Positions 16,666 through 25,039 of a stretch of 32,000 nt of DNA are shown here, one piece after another. Origin of the DNA: Zymomonas mobilis subsp. mobilis ATCC 10988 (lineage in GTDB: Bacteria > Pseudomonadota > Alphaproteobacteria > Sphingomonadales > Sphingomonadaceae); contig NC_017262.1 of the NCBI RefSeq assembly GCF_000175255.2, positions 480,001 through 512,000 of the forward strand, given 5' to 3'. Every line of letters begins with the position of its first letter. Within the stretch, counting starts at the first letter, position 1. The notes beneath the pieces are model-generated. The model searched no databases. It had not been told where the DNA came from and was given only the letters and a program-made list of their open reading frames with translations. The position numbers were made by a program, and so were the translations under genes.

Positions 16666-18201
16666 CTATGCGGGATAATCATTTTCAGAATTATACTCAT
16701 CAACCGGATCAGAAAAGCGCGTGATCTGGCTTTCAAAGCGCAAACGCACTTTACCGGTCGCCCCGTGACGTTGCTTGGCCACGATCAATTCAGCTCGGTT
16801 ATAAACCTGTTCCATAGATTGCTGCCATTTGCGATGCTCTTCATCAATCTGGGCATCCACCAAAGCATCACTCCCTTCTGGCGGCCTTTTAGGCTCACGA
16901 GACTGGAGATAATATTCTTCACGATAAACGAATAACACGATATCGGCATCTTGCTCGATAGAACCGGATTCACGCAGATCGGACAGCTGGGGGCGTTTAT
17001 CTTCGCGTTGCTCAACCGCGCGGGAAAGCTGGGACAAGGCCAAAACGGGAATATCTAATTCCTTGGCAAGGGTTTTCAAACCACGGCTAATTTCCGAAAT
17101 TTCATTAACGCGGTTATCATTGGCTTTGCCCGACCCCTGCAAGAGCTGCAAATAGTCGACGACCAACAAACCGATATTATGGCGACGCTTTAAACGCCGC
17201 GCTCTTGTTCTAAGGGCGGCAATGGTAAGGCCGGGGGTATCGTCGATATAAAGCGGTAAATTTTCAAGTTCCGCAGCGGCTCGTGCCAGATTACGAAATT
17301 CTTCTTTACTGACTCGCCCCATGCGCAAAGATTCCGAGGATAATCGGGATTGCTCTGCCAACAAACGGGTAGCCAATTGGTCTGCCGACATTTCAAGGCT
17401 GAAAAAGGCAACCGGCGCCCCGGGCGTTTCTTCTGGCGGGATGCCGTTTTGGGTATCATACATATAGCGACGAGCAGCATTGAAGGCGACGTTAGTTGCA
17501 AAAGCCGTTTTTCCCATGCCGGGACGGCCTGCCAAAATCAGCAAATCAGATCGGTGCAATCCACCGATCTTGGCATTGACGGATTCCAGACCTGTCGTCA
17601 CACCGGATAGATGCGCGCCAGAATTTAAAGCCATTTCAGCGGCTTTGACAGCTATCTTAGCCGCTTGATAAAAACTCTTAACACCGCCTTCGGAAATACC
17701 CGATTCAGCCACCCGATAAAGCGCTGTTTCTGCCTCTTCAATCTGGGCGCGAGGATCAATAATCCCTTGGGTATTTAAGGCATTATCGACCATGTTGCGC
17801 CCGACACTGACCAGCTCGCGCAACAAAGCCAGCTCGTAAATCTGTGCTGCAAAATCACGCACCCCGACCAAAGAGGCTTGATTAACGACAAGATTATAGA
17901 CGTATTTCATGCCTCCCTTGGCTTGTAAGCCGGGGTCTTTTTCTATCAAAGGCTGAATAGTAACCGGATTAGCCAGCTGATTACGATCTAACTGGCGCAT
18001 AATAAGCTGATAAATCAGACGGTGGGTTGGATCAAAAAAATGCTCATCTCTCAATTTGACCTGAACATCTTCGGCCAAACGATTATCAATCAGCAAAGCG
18101 CCCAAAAGAGCCGCTTCTGCCTCAAGATTAACAGGAAGAGACGCATTGTCTTTTTCTGGCATAGCAGGCGTTGAAGGTACAATTTTCAGACTTTCTACCA
18201 T
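16666..18201 (-). CDS. dnaB: Replicative DNA helicase DnaB
   Basis: N-terminal NLEAEAALLGALLIDN, Walker A GRPGMGKTAF, Walker B LLVVDYLQL and SQLSRAVEQRED. 511 aa, with no intein. Confidence 0.96.
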   Translation of the reverse strand: MVESLKIVPSTPAMPEKDNASLPVNLEAEAALLGALLIDNRLAEDVQVKLRDEHFFDPTHRLIYQLIMRQLDRNQLANPVTIQPLIEKDPGLQAKGGMKYVYNLVVNQASLVGVRDFAAQIYELALLRELVSVGRNMVDNALNTQGIIDPRAQIEEAETALYRVAESGISEGGVKSFYQAAKIAVKAAEMALNSGAHLSGVTTGLESVNAKIGGLHRSDLLILAGRPGMGKTAFATNVAFNAARRYMYDTQNGIPPEETPGAPVAFFSLEMSADQLATRLLAEQSRLSSESLRMGRVSKEEFRNLARAAAELENLPLYIDDTPGLTIAALRTRARRLKRRHNIGLLVVDYLQLLQGSGKANDNRVNEISEISRGLKTLAKELDIPVLALSQLSRAVEQREDKRPQLSDLRESGSIEQDADIVLFVYREEYYLQSREPKRPPEGSDALVDAQIDEEHRKWQQSMEQVYNRAELIVAKQRHGATGKVRLRFESQITRFSDPVDEYNSENDYPA

Positions 18202-18296
18202 GCCGAATCCACCCTTCTTCTTCTTTTTTCAATCTTATGTGATATCAAAGCACAATTTCGGGATAGTAACCCCTTCAAAAAAGAGAATACCATTTC

Positions 18297-18782
18297 ATGT
18301 CCGAATCTATCGATGCGTTTGAAGCTGGCAACATTACCGTGAAATCATTGATGGATAAAGCCCGCACCGCTGCGCGCCAATCCTACTCTCCCTATTCTGC
18401 TTTTGCAGTGGGTGCCGCCCTTTTACTCAAAGATGGCAGCGTGATTACCGGCACGAATTTTGAAAATGCCAGCTATGGTCTTACCCTCTGCGCTGAAACG
18501 GTTGCGGTTGCAACGGCCAATACAGTGGGTCACCTCGCCCATATCAGAGCAATTGCCATTTGTGGAGGGAAATTCGACGAAGACCGTTTTATCGGCCACG
18601 ATATCATTTATCCTTGTGGACGTTGCCGTCAGGTTTTAAACGAAGCGGCAGAAATAGGCCATTATGACATAATGGTCTATTGCGGTTCAGCTGAAGGTTC
18701 CGAAATCGAACCCCATCGGCTCTCGACTTTATTACCTCATAGCTTTGGGCCCAAAAATCTAACTTCTCCGAAAAACGACTAA
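18297..18782 (+). CDS. cdd: Cytidine deaminase (homotetrameric type)
   Basis: The zinc and catalytic motifs CAE (LCAETVAV) and PCGRCRQ are present. The start is uncertain: ATG at 18297, or the internal ATG at 18354 giving MDKARTAA. Confidence 0.85.
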   Translation: MSESIDAFEAGNITVKSLMDKARTAARQSYSPYSAFAVGAALLLKDGSVITGTNFENASYGLTLCAETVAVATANTVGHLAHIRAIAICGGKFDEDRFIGHDIIYPCGRCRQVLNEAAEIGHYDIMVYCGSAEGSEIEPHRLSTLLPHSFGPKNLTSPKND

Positions 18783-18835
18783 TTCACATCAAAACACCTG
18801 AAATTTGCTTAGAATCTTAGAAAAGGAATATATGC

Positions 18836-19390
18836 ATGTCGATCATGGCTGACCGCTGGATACGCGAGCAGGCTCAAAAACACGGAATGATTGAGCCATT
18901 TGTTGAAAGCCAGCGTAGAGGCGGCTGTATCAGCTATGGATTATCGTCTTATGGTTATGATGCCCGCGTCGCTGACGAATTTAAAATTTTTACCAACGTC
19001 AATTCTGCGACGGTTGATCCGAAAAATTTTGATTCAAGCAGCTTCGTTGATCGTAAAACCGATGTTTGCATCATTCCGCCAAACAGTTTTGCTTTGGCTC
19101 GGACAGTCGAATATTTCCGTATTCCCAAAGATGTGTTGGTTATTTGCCTTGGGAAATCGACCTATGCCCGCTGCGGCATTATCGTCAATGTCACGCCGCT
19201 TGAACCGGGCTGGGAAGGCCATGTAACGCTAGAATTTTCCAATACCACGCCGCTTCCGGCCAAAATATATGCCGGTGAAGGCGCTTGCCAATTCTTGTTC
19301 TTACAAGGCAACGAACCTTGCGAGGTTAGCTATTCTGATCGTTCCGGAAAATATATGGGGCAGCGGGGCGTTACCCTCCCCCGCCTCTAA
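18836..19390 (+). CDS. dcd: dCTP deaminase
   Basis: [30 protein letters not shown] and [17 protein letters not shown] are typical of the 184-aa Dcd family. Confidence 0.92.
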   Translation: MSIMADRWIREQAQKHGMIEPFVESQRRGGCISYGLSSYGYDARVADEFKIFTNVNSATVDPKNFDSSSFVDRKTDVCIIPPNSFALARTVEYFRIPKDVLVICLGKSTYARCGIIVNVTPLEPGWEGHVTLEFSNTTPLPAKIYAGEGACQFLFLQGNEPCEVSYSDRSGKYMGQRGVTLPRL

Positions 19391-19404
19391 GAATCTTCAA
19401 GACC

Positions 19405-19428
19405 GGAAGGGGCATAACCGCCCCTTCC
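19405..19428. terminator. GC-rich hairpin GGAAGGGGC-ataacc-GCCCCTTCC between convergent dcd and ybaB
   Basis: 9-bp perfect stem (19405-19413 / 19420-19428) with a 6-nt loop. The flanking U-runs are weak (ctcttatat on plus). Confidence 0.55.
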
Positions 19429-19441
19429 CTCTTATATAAAT

Positions 19442-19774
19442 TTAAAGCGGTAAATTCATTCCGGGGGGTAAAGGCATCCCTTGGGTCATTTTAGACATTT
19501 CAGCATTGCTGGCTTCATCAGCCTTAGCTTTAACATCGTTGCAAGCTGCTACAATCAAATCTTCCAGCATTTGCTTTTCAGCTGGCACCAGCAGCGTTTC
19601 GTCAATTTCAACGCCGGTAATCCGGCCTTTAGCCGTAGCCTTGATTTTGACCAAACCTCCGCCAGAAGCACCTTCGACATCAATCGTGTCGAGTTTAGCC
19701 TGAGCTTCTCCCATTTGGTTCTGTAATTGCTGGGCAGCTTCTTGCGCTGCCTTCATCATTTGTTCGAGATCCAT
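19442..19774 (-). CDS. ybaB: Nucleoid-associated protein YbaB/EbfC
   Basis: 110 aa. MMKAAQEAAQQLQNQM...VEGASGGGLVKIKATAKGRITGVEID...EMLEDLIVAACNDV is the family pattern, and the gene lies downstream of dnaX as usual. Confidence 0.9.
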   Translation of the reverse strand: MDLEQMMKAAQEAAQQLQNQMGEAQAKLDTIDVEGASGGGLVKIKATAKGRITGVEIDETLLVPAEKQMLEDLIVAACNDVKAKADEASNAEMSKMTQGMPLPPGMNLPL

Positions 19775-19932
19775 AGCAAAGCCTTTATATTATGAAATTT
19801 CATTTTAGCTTGTGCTGTTTGCTTTAGGAAGAGGCCATGGCTGATGCAAAAATTTTTTGAGGAAAGTTTTCGTCTTCTTTCATAAGACATATTGAGCTTT
19901 AAGATGCCTTCATCTTTACCAAGCCTCTCTAT

Positions 19933-21819
19933 CTATTCATCAGATGACTGCACCCATTCGGCATCAGGAAATGTCTTCAAGACCGCTTGGACAATGGGCG
20001 TATTCAAAATCGCTTTTTGACGGGCTTCTTTTTGGGCTATTTCGGCTTCCCGAAAGCTTGGCTGCCCTTTCCGATCCTGTAAAAATTCAACCTGCCACGC
20101 CTGTCCTGTCAAATTTTTTAGAGCCAAGGATAATTCTTGGCGGGTTTCACCAGATATGCGGCTATGATTTTCCAACAGCAATCGAGGCGGATTATATTCG
20201 ATCAGCCGCCCATAATCTTCCAAGCTATGCCCAAGCAAGGCATGACCATTATCGAAAAGCATTTCTGTCAGTGATTTAAAATCTGGCGGAAAATGAGGAT
20301 TCTTAAGCTTTGCCTCGCTCGCTGGTGCTATCGGTATAGCCGATGGCCTTGGCTGGTTTTCCGGTAATTCAGAAAATTTCTGATTACCTTCGACAGGATA
20401 ACCACTGGCCGCCACCCGGCTATTATTATCGTCATCGAAAGGAGAAAAATCTTTTTTTTCAGTCGATTGCAACGATTTTGAAAAATCATTCCTGTTTTTC
20501 GGTAAGGCTTCTTTTTCCTGAGATCCCGACGAGTTTACCGGTTTAAAAGTGTTTTTTTTTACGTCGCCCGCCTTTATGTCTTGAAAAGAAGAGGTCGGCA
20601 GAGCCAATCGGTTATCTTCTGGTGAAGGTGATAAATTCGGCGAAACGCTTCCCTGTTTTTTTAACTGGGCAATAATCGTTGCAGGATCAGGAAGCTGGCT
20701 CGCATGAATTACCCGAAGCAAAGCCATTTCTGCCGCTTCCAAGGGTAAAACTGCGTTTTGAACTTCGGAATGGCCTTTTAATAAAAGCTGCCACAAACGA
20801 TGAAGCACCGGAAAAGACAGTTTTTTCCCTAATTCAGCCAGCCAAATTTCTTCTTCTGTCGGATGAAGGGTCAGATTATCAGGCCGCCCCATTTTGCTGC
20901 GGGTAATGGCATGAATAAGCTGTAACAAGCCATGCAACAAGGCTTCCGGTTCTACGCCTAGATCATATTGAGCTTTAACATGATCGAGAACATGATCGCC
21001 TTTTCCTTCCAGCAAATCAACTAGCAAGGATTTAATAACACCGCGATCAGACAGCCCCAGCATTTCACGGACATCGGCCGCTAAAATACTACCAGAACTA
21101 TGGGCAATTGCCTGATCGAGAATGGACAGGCCGTCACGTACTGAACCTTCAGCTGCCTTGGCGATCATAGCCAAAGCTTCTTCTTCGGCTTCCACTTGTT
21201 CCAACTGGACAACTTTTGAAAAATAATCCGTTAGAGTAGCCGTGGATATCCGCCGCAAATCAAAACGCTGGCAACGGGATAAAACCGTAATCGGCACTTT
21301 ATTGATTTCTGTCGTGGCGAATAAGAATTTTACATGAGCAGGCGGTTCTTCCAATGTTTTCAATAATGCGTTGAACGCACTTTTTGAAAGCATATGGACT
21401 TCGTCGATAATATAGACCTTGAAACGGGCGGATACCGAAGCATAGCGCACAGATTCAACAATATCGCGGATATCATCTACCCCAGTATGGGATGCGGCAT
21501 CCATTTCAACCACGTCAATATGACGCCCTTCGGCAATAGCGCGACAGGCCTCGCATTCTCCGCAAGGATCAATCGTCATTCCACCATGGCCGTCTTTCCC
21601 GACGCAGTTCAAGGCTTTGGCGATCAATCGCGCTGTAGAGGTCTTTCCAACGCCTCTGACTCCCGTCAACAGAAAGGCATGAGCCAAACGGTCGCGGGCA
21701 ATCGCATTCCCCAACGTCCGCACCATCGCATCCTGACCAATCAGATCAGAAAATTTCTGGGGACGATATTTACGGGCGAGAACCCGATAGGGCGTTGCCA
21801 GAGAGGAAGAATCAACCAT
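19933..21819 (-). CDS. dnaX: DNA polymerase III subunits gamma/tau
   Basis: LARKYRPQKFSDLIGQ, Walker A GVRGVGKTS, the zinc module CGECEACRAI, DEVHML and SRCQRF. A long low-complexity linker and a tau C-terminal region follow. Confidence 0.96.
   Translation of the reverse strand: MVDSSSLATPYRVLARKYRPQKFSDLIGQDAMVRTLGNAIARDRLAHAFLLTGVRGVGKTSTARLIAKALNCVGKDGHGGMTIDPCGECEACRAIAEGRHIDVVEMDAASHTGVDDIRDIVESVRYASVSARFKVYIIDEVHMLSKSAFNALLKTLEEPPAHVKFLFATTEINKVPITVLSRCQRFDLRRISTATLTDYFSKVVQLEQVEAEEEALAMIAKAAEGSVRDGLSILDQAIAHSSGSILAADVREMLGLSDRGVIKSLLVDLLEGKGDHVLDHVKAQYDLGVEPEALLHGLLQLIHAITRSKMGRPDNLTLHPTEEEIWLAELGKKLSFPVLHRLWQLLLKGHSEVQNAVLPLEAAEMALLRVIHASQLPDPATIIAQLKKQGSVSPNLSPSPEDNRLALPTSSFQDIKAGDVKKNTFKPVNSSGSQEKEALPKNRNDFSKSLQSTEKKDFSPFDDDNNSRVAASGYPVEGNQKFSELPENQPRPSAIPIAPASEAKLKNPHFPPDFKSLTEMLFDNGHALLGHSLEDYGRLIEYNPPRLLLENHSRISGETRQELSLALKNLTGQAWQVEFLQDRKGQPSFREAEIAQKEARQKAILNTPIVQAVLKTFPDAEWVQSSDE
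20552..20560 (-). other. A9 homopolymer in dnaX codons 420-423 (candidate recoding / transcriptional-slippage site for a gamma-like product)
   Basis: The minus strand reads GAC GTA AAA AAA AAC ACT TTT AAA. The -1 frame gives AAA CAC TTT TAA. The +1 frame gives ACA CTT TTA AAC CGG TAA. Both were read directly from the sequence. Confidence 0.35.
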
Positions 21820-21976
21820 AGGACGAAGTTAATGCATAATATGGGGCAGGAAAGCGACTGAAATATTTTTCAGTCCATCATTCTTATCCGGCTTTAAAAG
21901 GACATCTATCCGAAACGGAATAAAAGCGCGATTATCAAGGATAAAGAAAAAAGGAATTTTTAGAAATTTTTAAGAC

Positions 21977-22069
21977 GTGGAAGCCGGAACGACCCGATAC
22001 AAATTCGTTACGGCTGCTTCCTTCCGGACCTGACCGGGTTGGCGACAGCACCGTCCGCCCGACTTCCAC
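21977..22069 (-). ncRNA. ffs: Signal recognition particle RNA (4.5S / small SRP RNA)
   Basis: The minus strand contains GGUCAGGUCCGGAAGGAAGCAGCC, the near-universal domain IV motif. The 5' GUGGAAGUCGG pairs with the 3' CCGGCUUCCAC, giving a hairpin RNA of about 93 nt. It lies upstream of dnaX, a common synteny. The ends are accurate to within a few nt. Confidence 0.88.
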
Positions 22070-22176
22070 TATCGCCTATGAAACATTCAGACGGGGTTTG
22101 CAAGCCCGTAACAACGGAAAATTATCAATCAAGACAGATATTTCCCAAAAAAACGGCCTGCTTCCATCGGCTCTTT

Positions 22177-22491
22177 TTAGAAATCTTGTGGGAAATAGAC
22201 CGTAAAATGCTGGCAATCCGGCAAATAAACTTGACAAGCCAAGCGAGAAGTCGGCTCCACATCAAAAGCCAAATCCAACATATCTTCTTCAATATCCGAA
22301 GCGGCCTCAAGCTGGCGAAAATTGTCAGCCTCTATCACGACATGGCAAGTTGCACAGGTTAAGGCACCCTCACAAGTGCCTTCAATCGGCAGACCGGCTT
22401 TATGGATAACATCCAATAATTTATCACCCTTTTCGGCTTGGCAGGTGATTTTTTTCTGCTGCTGATCAATGAACAAGACAGTTACAGACAT
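22177..22491 (-). CDS. [2Fe-2S] ferredoxin, adrenodoxin/ISC-Fdx type
   Basis: 104 aa. The cluster ligands are arranged as GTCEGALTCATCHV ... SRLACQV. The start lies 9 nt after the stop of the upstream desulfurase gene. Confidence 0.85.
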   Translation of the reverse strand: MSVTVLFIDQQQKKITCQAEKGDKLLDVIHKAGLPIEGTCEGALTCATCHVVIEADNFRQLEAASDIEEDMLDLAFDVEPTSRLACQVYLPDCQHFTVYFPQDF

Positions 22492-22500
22492 GACATTTCC

Positions 22501-23616
22501 TTAACTCAAAAAACGCCGCTGTTTTTCCGCAGCTTCTCTAATATATCCCAAGCCGGAAAGTAGTTCTTCTTCCGTTGTATATCGACCGAAACCGATACGG
22601 ATGCTTCCCCTCACCGCTTTTTGAGACAACCCCAAGGCTTTTAAAACATGGCTGGGGCGACCATCGCCACTTGAACAAGCCGAACCCGCCGAAAAAGCCA
22701 CTTGGCGGGCATCACTTATCAGGCGGCTGGAATCGATACCTTCTTGATGAATGTTAAAATTACCGAGCCAACGCTGATCTTCCGAGCCATTGATGATCCA
22801 ATCTGGCATTTCTGCTTTAGCTAAAGCGAATAAAGCCGCCACATGGCTTTGATCTTTTGCCTGTTGTTGCTGCGCCAAAGCGGCGGCAGCACCAAAGGCC
22901 GCAGACAAAGCCGGACTAAGAGTTCCAGAGCGGAATCCTTCTTGCTGATGCCCGCCATGTAAAAGAGGCGTTAAAGTAATATCTTTTTTAAACCATAATG
23001 CCCCGACACCTATCGGTGCATGAATTTTGTGGCCTGACAAAGCGATCATGTCACAGCCCTCTGGCAAGGCTAAACGCCCATAGCCTTGGACAGCATCCAA
23101 CAGGAAATACGCCCCAACCTGACGGGCTAATTTTGCTAATTCGGCGATAGGCTGAATAACGCCGATTTCATTATTGACGAACATCGCCGTCACAAGGGCG
23201 GTCTTGTCATCAATCGCAGCCGCAGCCTTTTCCAGATCAACCAAGCCATCAGAATGAACAGGCAAAAGCACAATCTCTGCACCCAAACGGGCTAAATAGC
23301 CTAGGCTATCTAATGTCGCGGCATGTTCAGTTGCCAATGTCACAATTTTACGGCGGGTATTTTTCCCAGAAAACCACAACCCCTTTATCGCCATGTTAAG
23401 GGCTTCGGTTGCACCCGACGTAAAAACCAGATTCCCTGCCTCGCTTTCGGGTATCAAAGCGGTGATCTGGTCTTTAGCGATGGCAACGGCCGCAGCCGCT
23501 TTTTTTCCTATCCGATGGGGAGAATGCGGATTAGCGCCACCATCCAGCCAAGGCAGCATCGCTGCTTTGGCTTCGGGTGCCATGGGGGTCGTGGCTTGAT
23601 AGTCTAGGTAAATCAT
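22501..23616 (-). CDS. Cysteine desulfurase (class V aminotransferase, NifS/IscS-like, short form)
   Basis: MIYLDYQATTP, the PLP-Lys motif SGHKIHAP and the active-site Cys loop SAGSACSSG. At 371 aa it is shorter than canonical IscS. Confidence 0.88.
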   Translation of the reverse strand: MIYLDYQATTPMAPEAKAAMLPWLDGGANPHSPHRIGKKAAAAVAIAKDQITALIPESEAGNLVFTSGATEALNMAIKGLWFSGKNTRRKIVTLATEHAATLDSLGYLARLGAEIVLLPVHSDGLVDLEKAAAAIDDKTALVTAMFVNNEIGVIQPIAELAKLARQVGAYFLLDAVQGYGRLALPEGCDMIALSGHKIHAPIGVGALWFKKDITLTPLLHGGHQQEGFRSGTLSPALSAAFGAAAALAQQQQAKDQSHVAALFALAKAEMPDWIINGSEDQRWLGNFNIHQEGIDSSRLISDARQVAFSAGSACSSGDGRPSHVLKALGLSQKAVRGSIRIGFGRYTTEEELLSGLGYIREAAEKQRRFLS

Positions 23617-23944
23617 CTAGCGTAATCTTTAAAAAATCTGGAAAGAAAGGCTTGTTCTACAAGATTCTCTTTATCCAATGACAGTGCATAAAAACAATAT
23701 TTTTAAAAAGAAAAAACAAGATAGTTTCTTTACTCTAAAAGGATAACAGTGATTAAAAAATCACTTTATTTAAAAATATTATTTCTTAAAAATTAAAATT
23801 TATTTTCCATCTTCTAAAAAATATCATTTAAAATAATAGTATAATTATAACAACGGGAATAGAAAAAACACTCTATAATCGACAGGGTGTTGATATCTAC
23901 CTTGCCCTTAACCCTATGACAGGGTAAGGATAAAAAATACGCAA

Positions 23945-23974
23945 GGCCATCCTTCCACGGGTGGCCATTTTCTT
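23945..23974 (+). terminator. Terminator-like hairpin plus T-run in the leader of the DUF1013 gene
   Basis: GGCCATCC at 23945-23952 pairs with GGGTGGCC at 23959-23966 (7 Watson-Crick pairs plus 1 G-U) across a 6-nt loop, followed by ATTTTCTT. It lies 48 nt upstream of the GTG at 24022. Confidence 0.4.
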
Positions 23975-24021
23975 ATGCAGGCCTCGCCGTAACGGGGTGC
24001 AATATTCAGGAGAATTTTGCT

Positions 24022-24708
24022 GTGGCCCAGCCGCTTATGCCTCATGCGACAGCCTCATGGCTTGTCGATAATAGCTCACTTACTTTTGAACAGATTGCCA
24101 ATTTTTGCGGTCTTCATATTCTTGAAGTTCAGGCGATTGCCGATGATACCGCTGCTACGAAATTAGCAGGTCGCGATCCGGTTCGTGCAGGTGAGCTAAC
24201 TTTAGAAGAAATCGAAAAAGGTCAGAAAGACCCGAATTACCGTCTGGTTATCCAGCTTCCCCCTGAACAAAACCGTCGCCCGAAAGGGCCCCGCTACACA
24301 CCGATTTCACGGCGTCAGAATAAACCCGATGGTATTGCATGGATTATTGCTAACCATCCCAAGGTGACGGATGGCCAGATTTCAAAACTGATCGGAACGA
24401 CCCGCGAAACGATTGCCAAAATTCGCAATCGTACGCATTACAATATGATCAATATTGTTCCAAAAGATCCGGTCACCTTAGGTCTCACGACCCAGCGCGA
24501 ATTAAACGCGATTATTGCCAAAGTGGAAAAGGATAAAGAAGAGGAAACCTCTCCTTTTGACGCAACCTTGGCGGGTGAGCGCGAAGCTATGATCCGTTAT
24601 CTGCATCGCAAACGTGAAAATCAGGAACGGACGGCAGAAGAAATTCATGCCAGCGAAGGCGAAAGCCAATATAAAGGCTTTGTTGATCCTTTCACCAAGA
24701 AGCAATAA
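24022..24708 (+). CDS. DUF1013-family alphaproteobacterial protein (putative DNA-binding / cell-cycle-associated regulator)
   Basis: GTG start 8-9 nt after AGGAG. The N-terminus MAQPLMPHATASWLVDNSSLTFEQIANFCGLHILEVQAIADD matches my memory of the conserved DUF1013 N-terminus. The family name is recalled, not searched. Confidence 0.7.
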   Translation: MAQPLMPHATASWLVDNSSLTFEQIANFCGLHILEVQAIADDTAATKLAGRDPVRAGELTLEEIEKGQKDPNYRLVIQLPPEQNRRPKGPRYTPISRRQNKPDGIAWIIANHPKVTDGQISKLIGTTRETIAKIRNRTHYNMINIVPKDPVTLGLTTQRELNAIIAKVEKDKEEETSPFDATLAGEREAMIRYLHRKRENQERTAEEIHASEGESQYKGFVDPFTKKQ

Positions 24709-24784
24709 GGGAAAGGCAAGTTTTCGGGATAAAGGCGGTAAAAATCGTCTTTTCTTCCCGAAAGTCCTGTCTGATCATACGTAG

Positions 24785-25030
24785 ATGAGCCAAGAAAAAA
24801 ACATATCGGAATTGAGCTTCGAAGAAGCCTTGAAAAAGCTCGAAGAGATTGTCCGCCGCCTCGAAAGCGGGGATACAACCCTCGAAGACTCTATCCAGAT
24901 GTATAGTCAGGGCGATGCATTGAAAAAACAATGCGAAGCACGGCTGAAAGCGGCACAGAAAAAAATCGAACAGATCAGTCTCGATCAGGACGGAAGGGCA
25001 ACAGGAACTAGTCCTTTCGATGCGGAGTAA
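24785..25030 (+). CDS. xseB: Exodeoxyribonuclease VII small subunit
   Basis: 81 aa. [45 protein letters not shown] is the XseB pattern, and the gene precedes ispA as in many bacteria. Confidence 0.92.
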
Positions 25031-25039
25031 ATAATAGAT

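Noticed and set aside
19792-19803. 12-bp palindrome ATGAAATTTCAT just upstream of ybaB
   Set aside because: It is composed almost entirely of A/T in an AT-rich intergenic region, so chance occurrence is plausible, and there is no supporting context.
20452-20459. Second homopolymer (A8) in dnaX as an alternative frameshift site
   Set aside because: The -1 frame after it stays open for about 40 codons, and the tract lies well inside the tau-specific region. It does not give a clean gamma-like product, unlike the A9 at 20552-20560.
22039-22362. 107-aa plus-strand ORF and the 61-aa minus-strand ORF at 22125-22310
   Set aside because: The first overlaps the SRP RNA gene and the ferredoxin CDS. 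The second is nested out of frame inside the ferredoxin CDS. Neither has any motif support.
24722-24763. Inverted repeat TTTCGGGA-N26-TCCCGAAA between the DUF1013 gene and xseB
   Set aside because: The 8-bp stem has a 26-nt loop and no U-run. That is too weak to call a terminator or a regulatory element.
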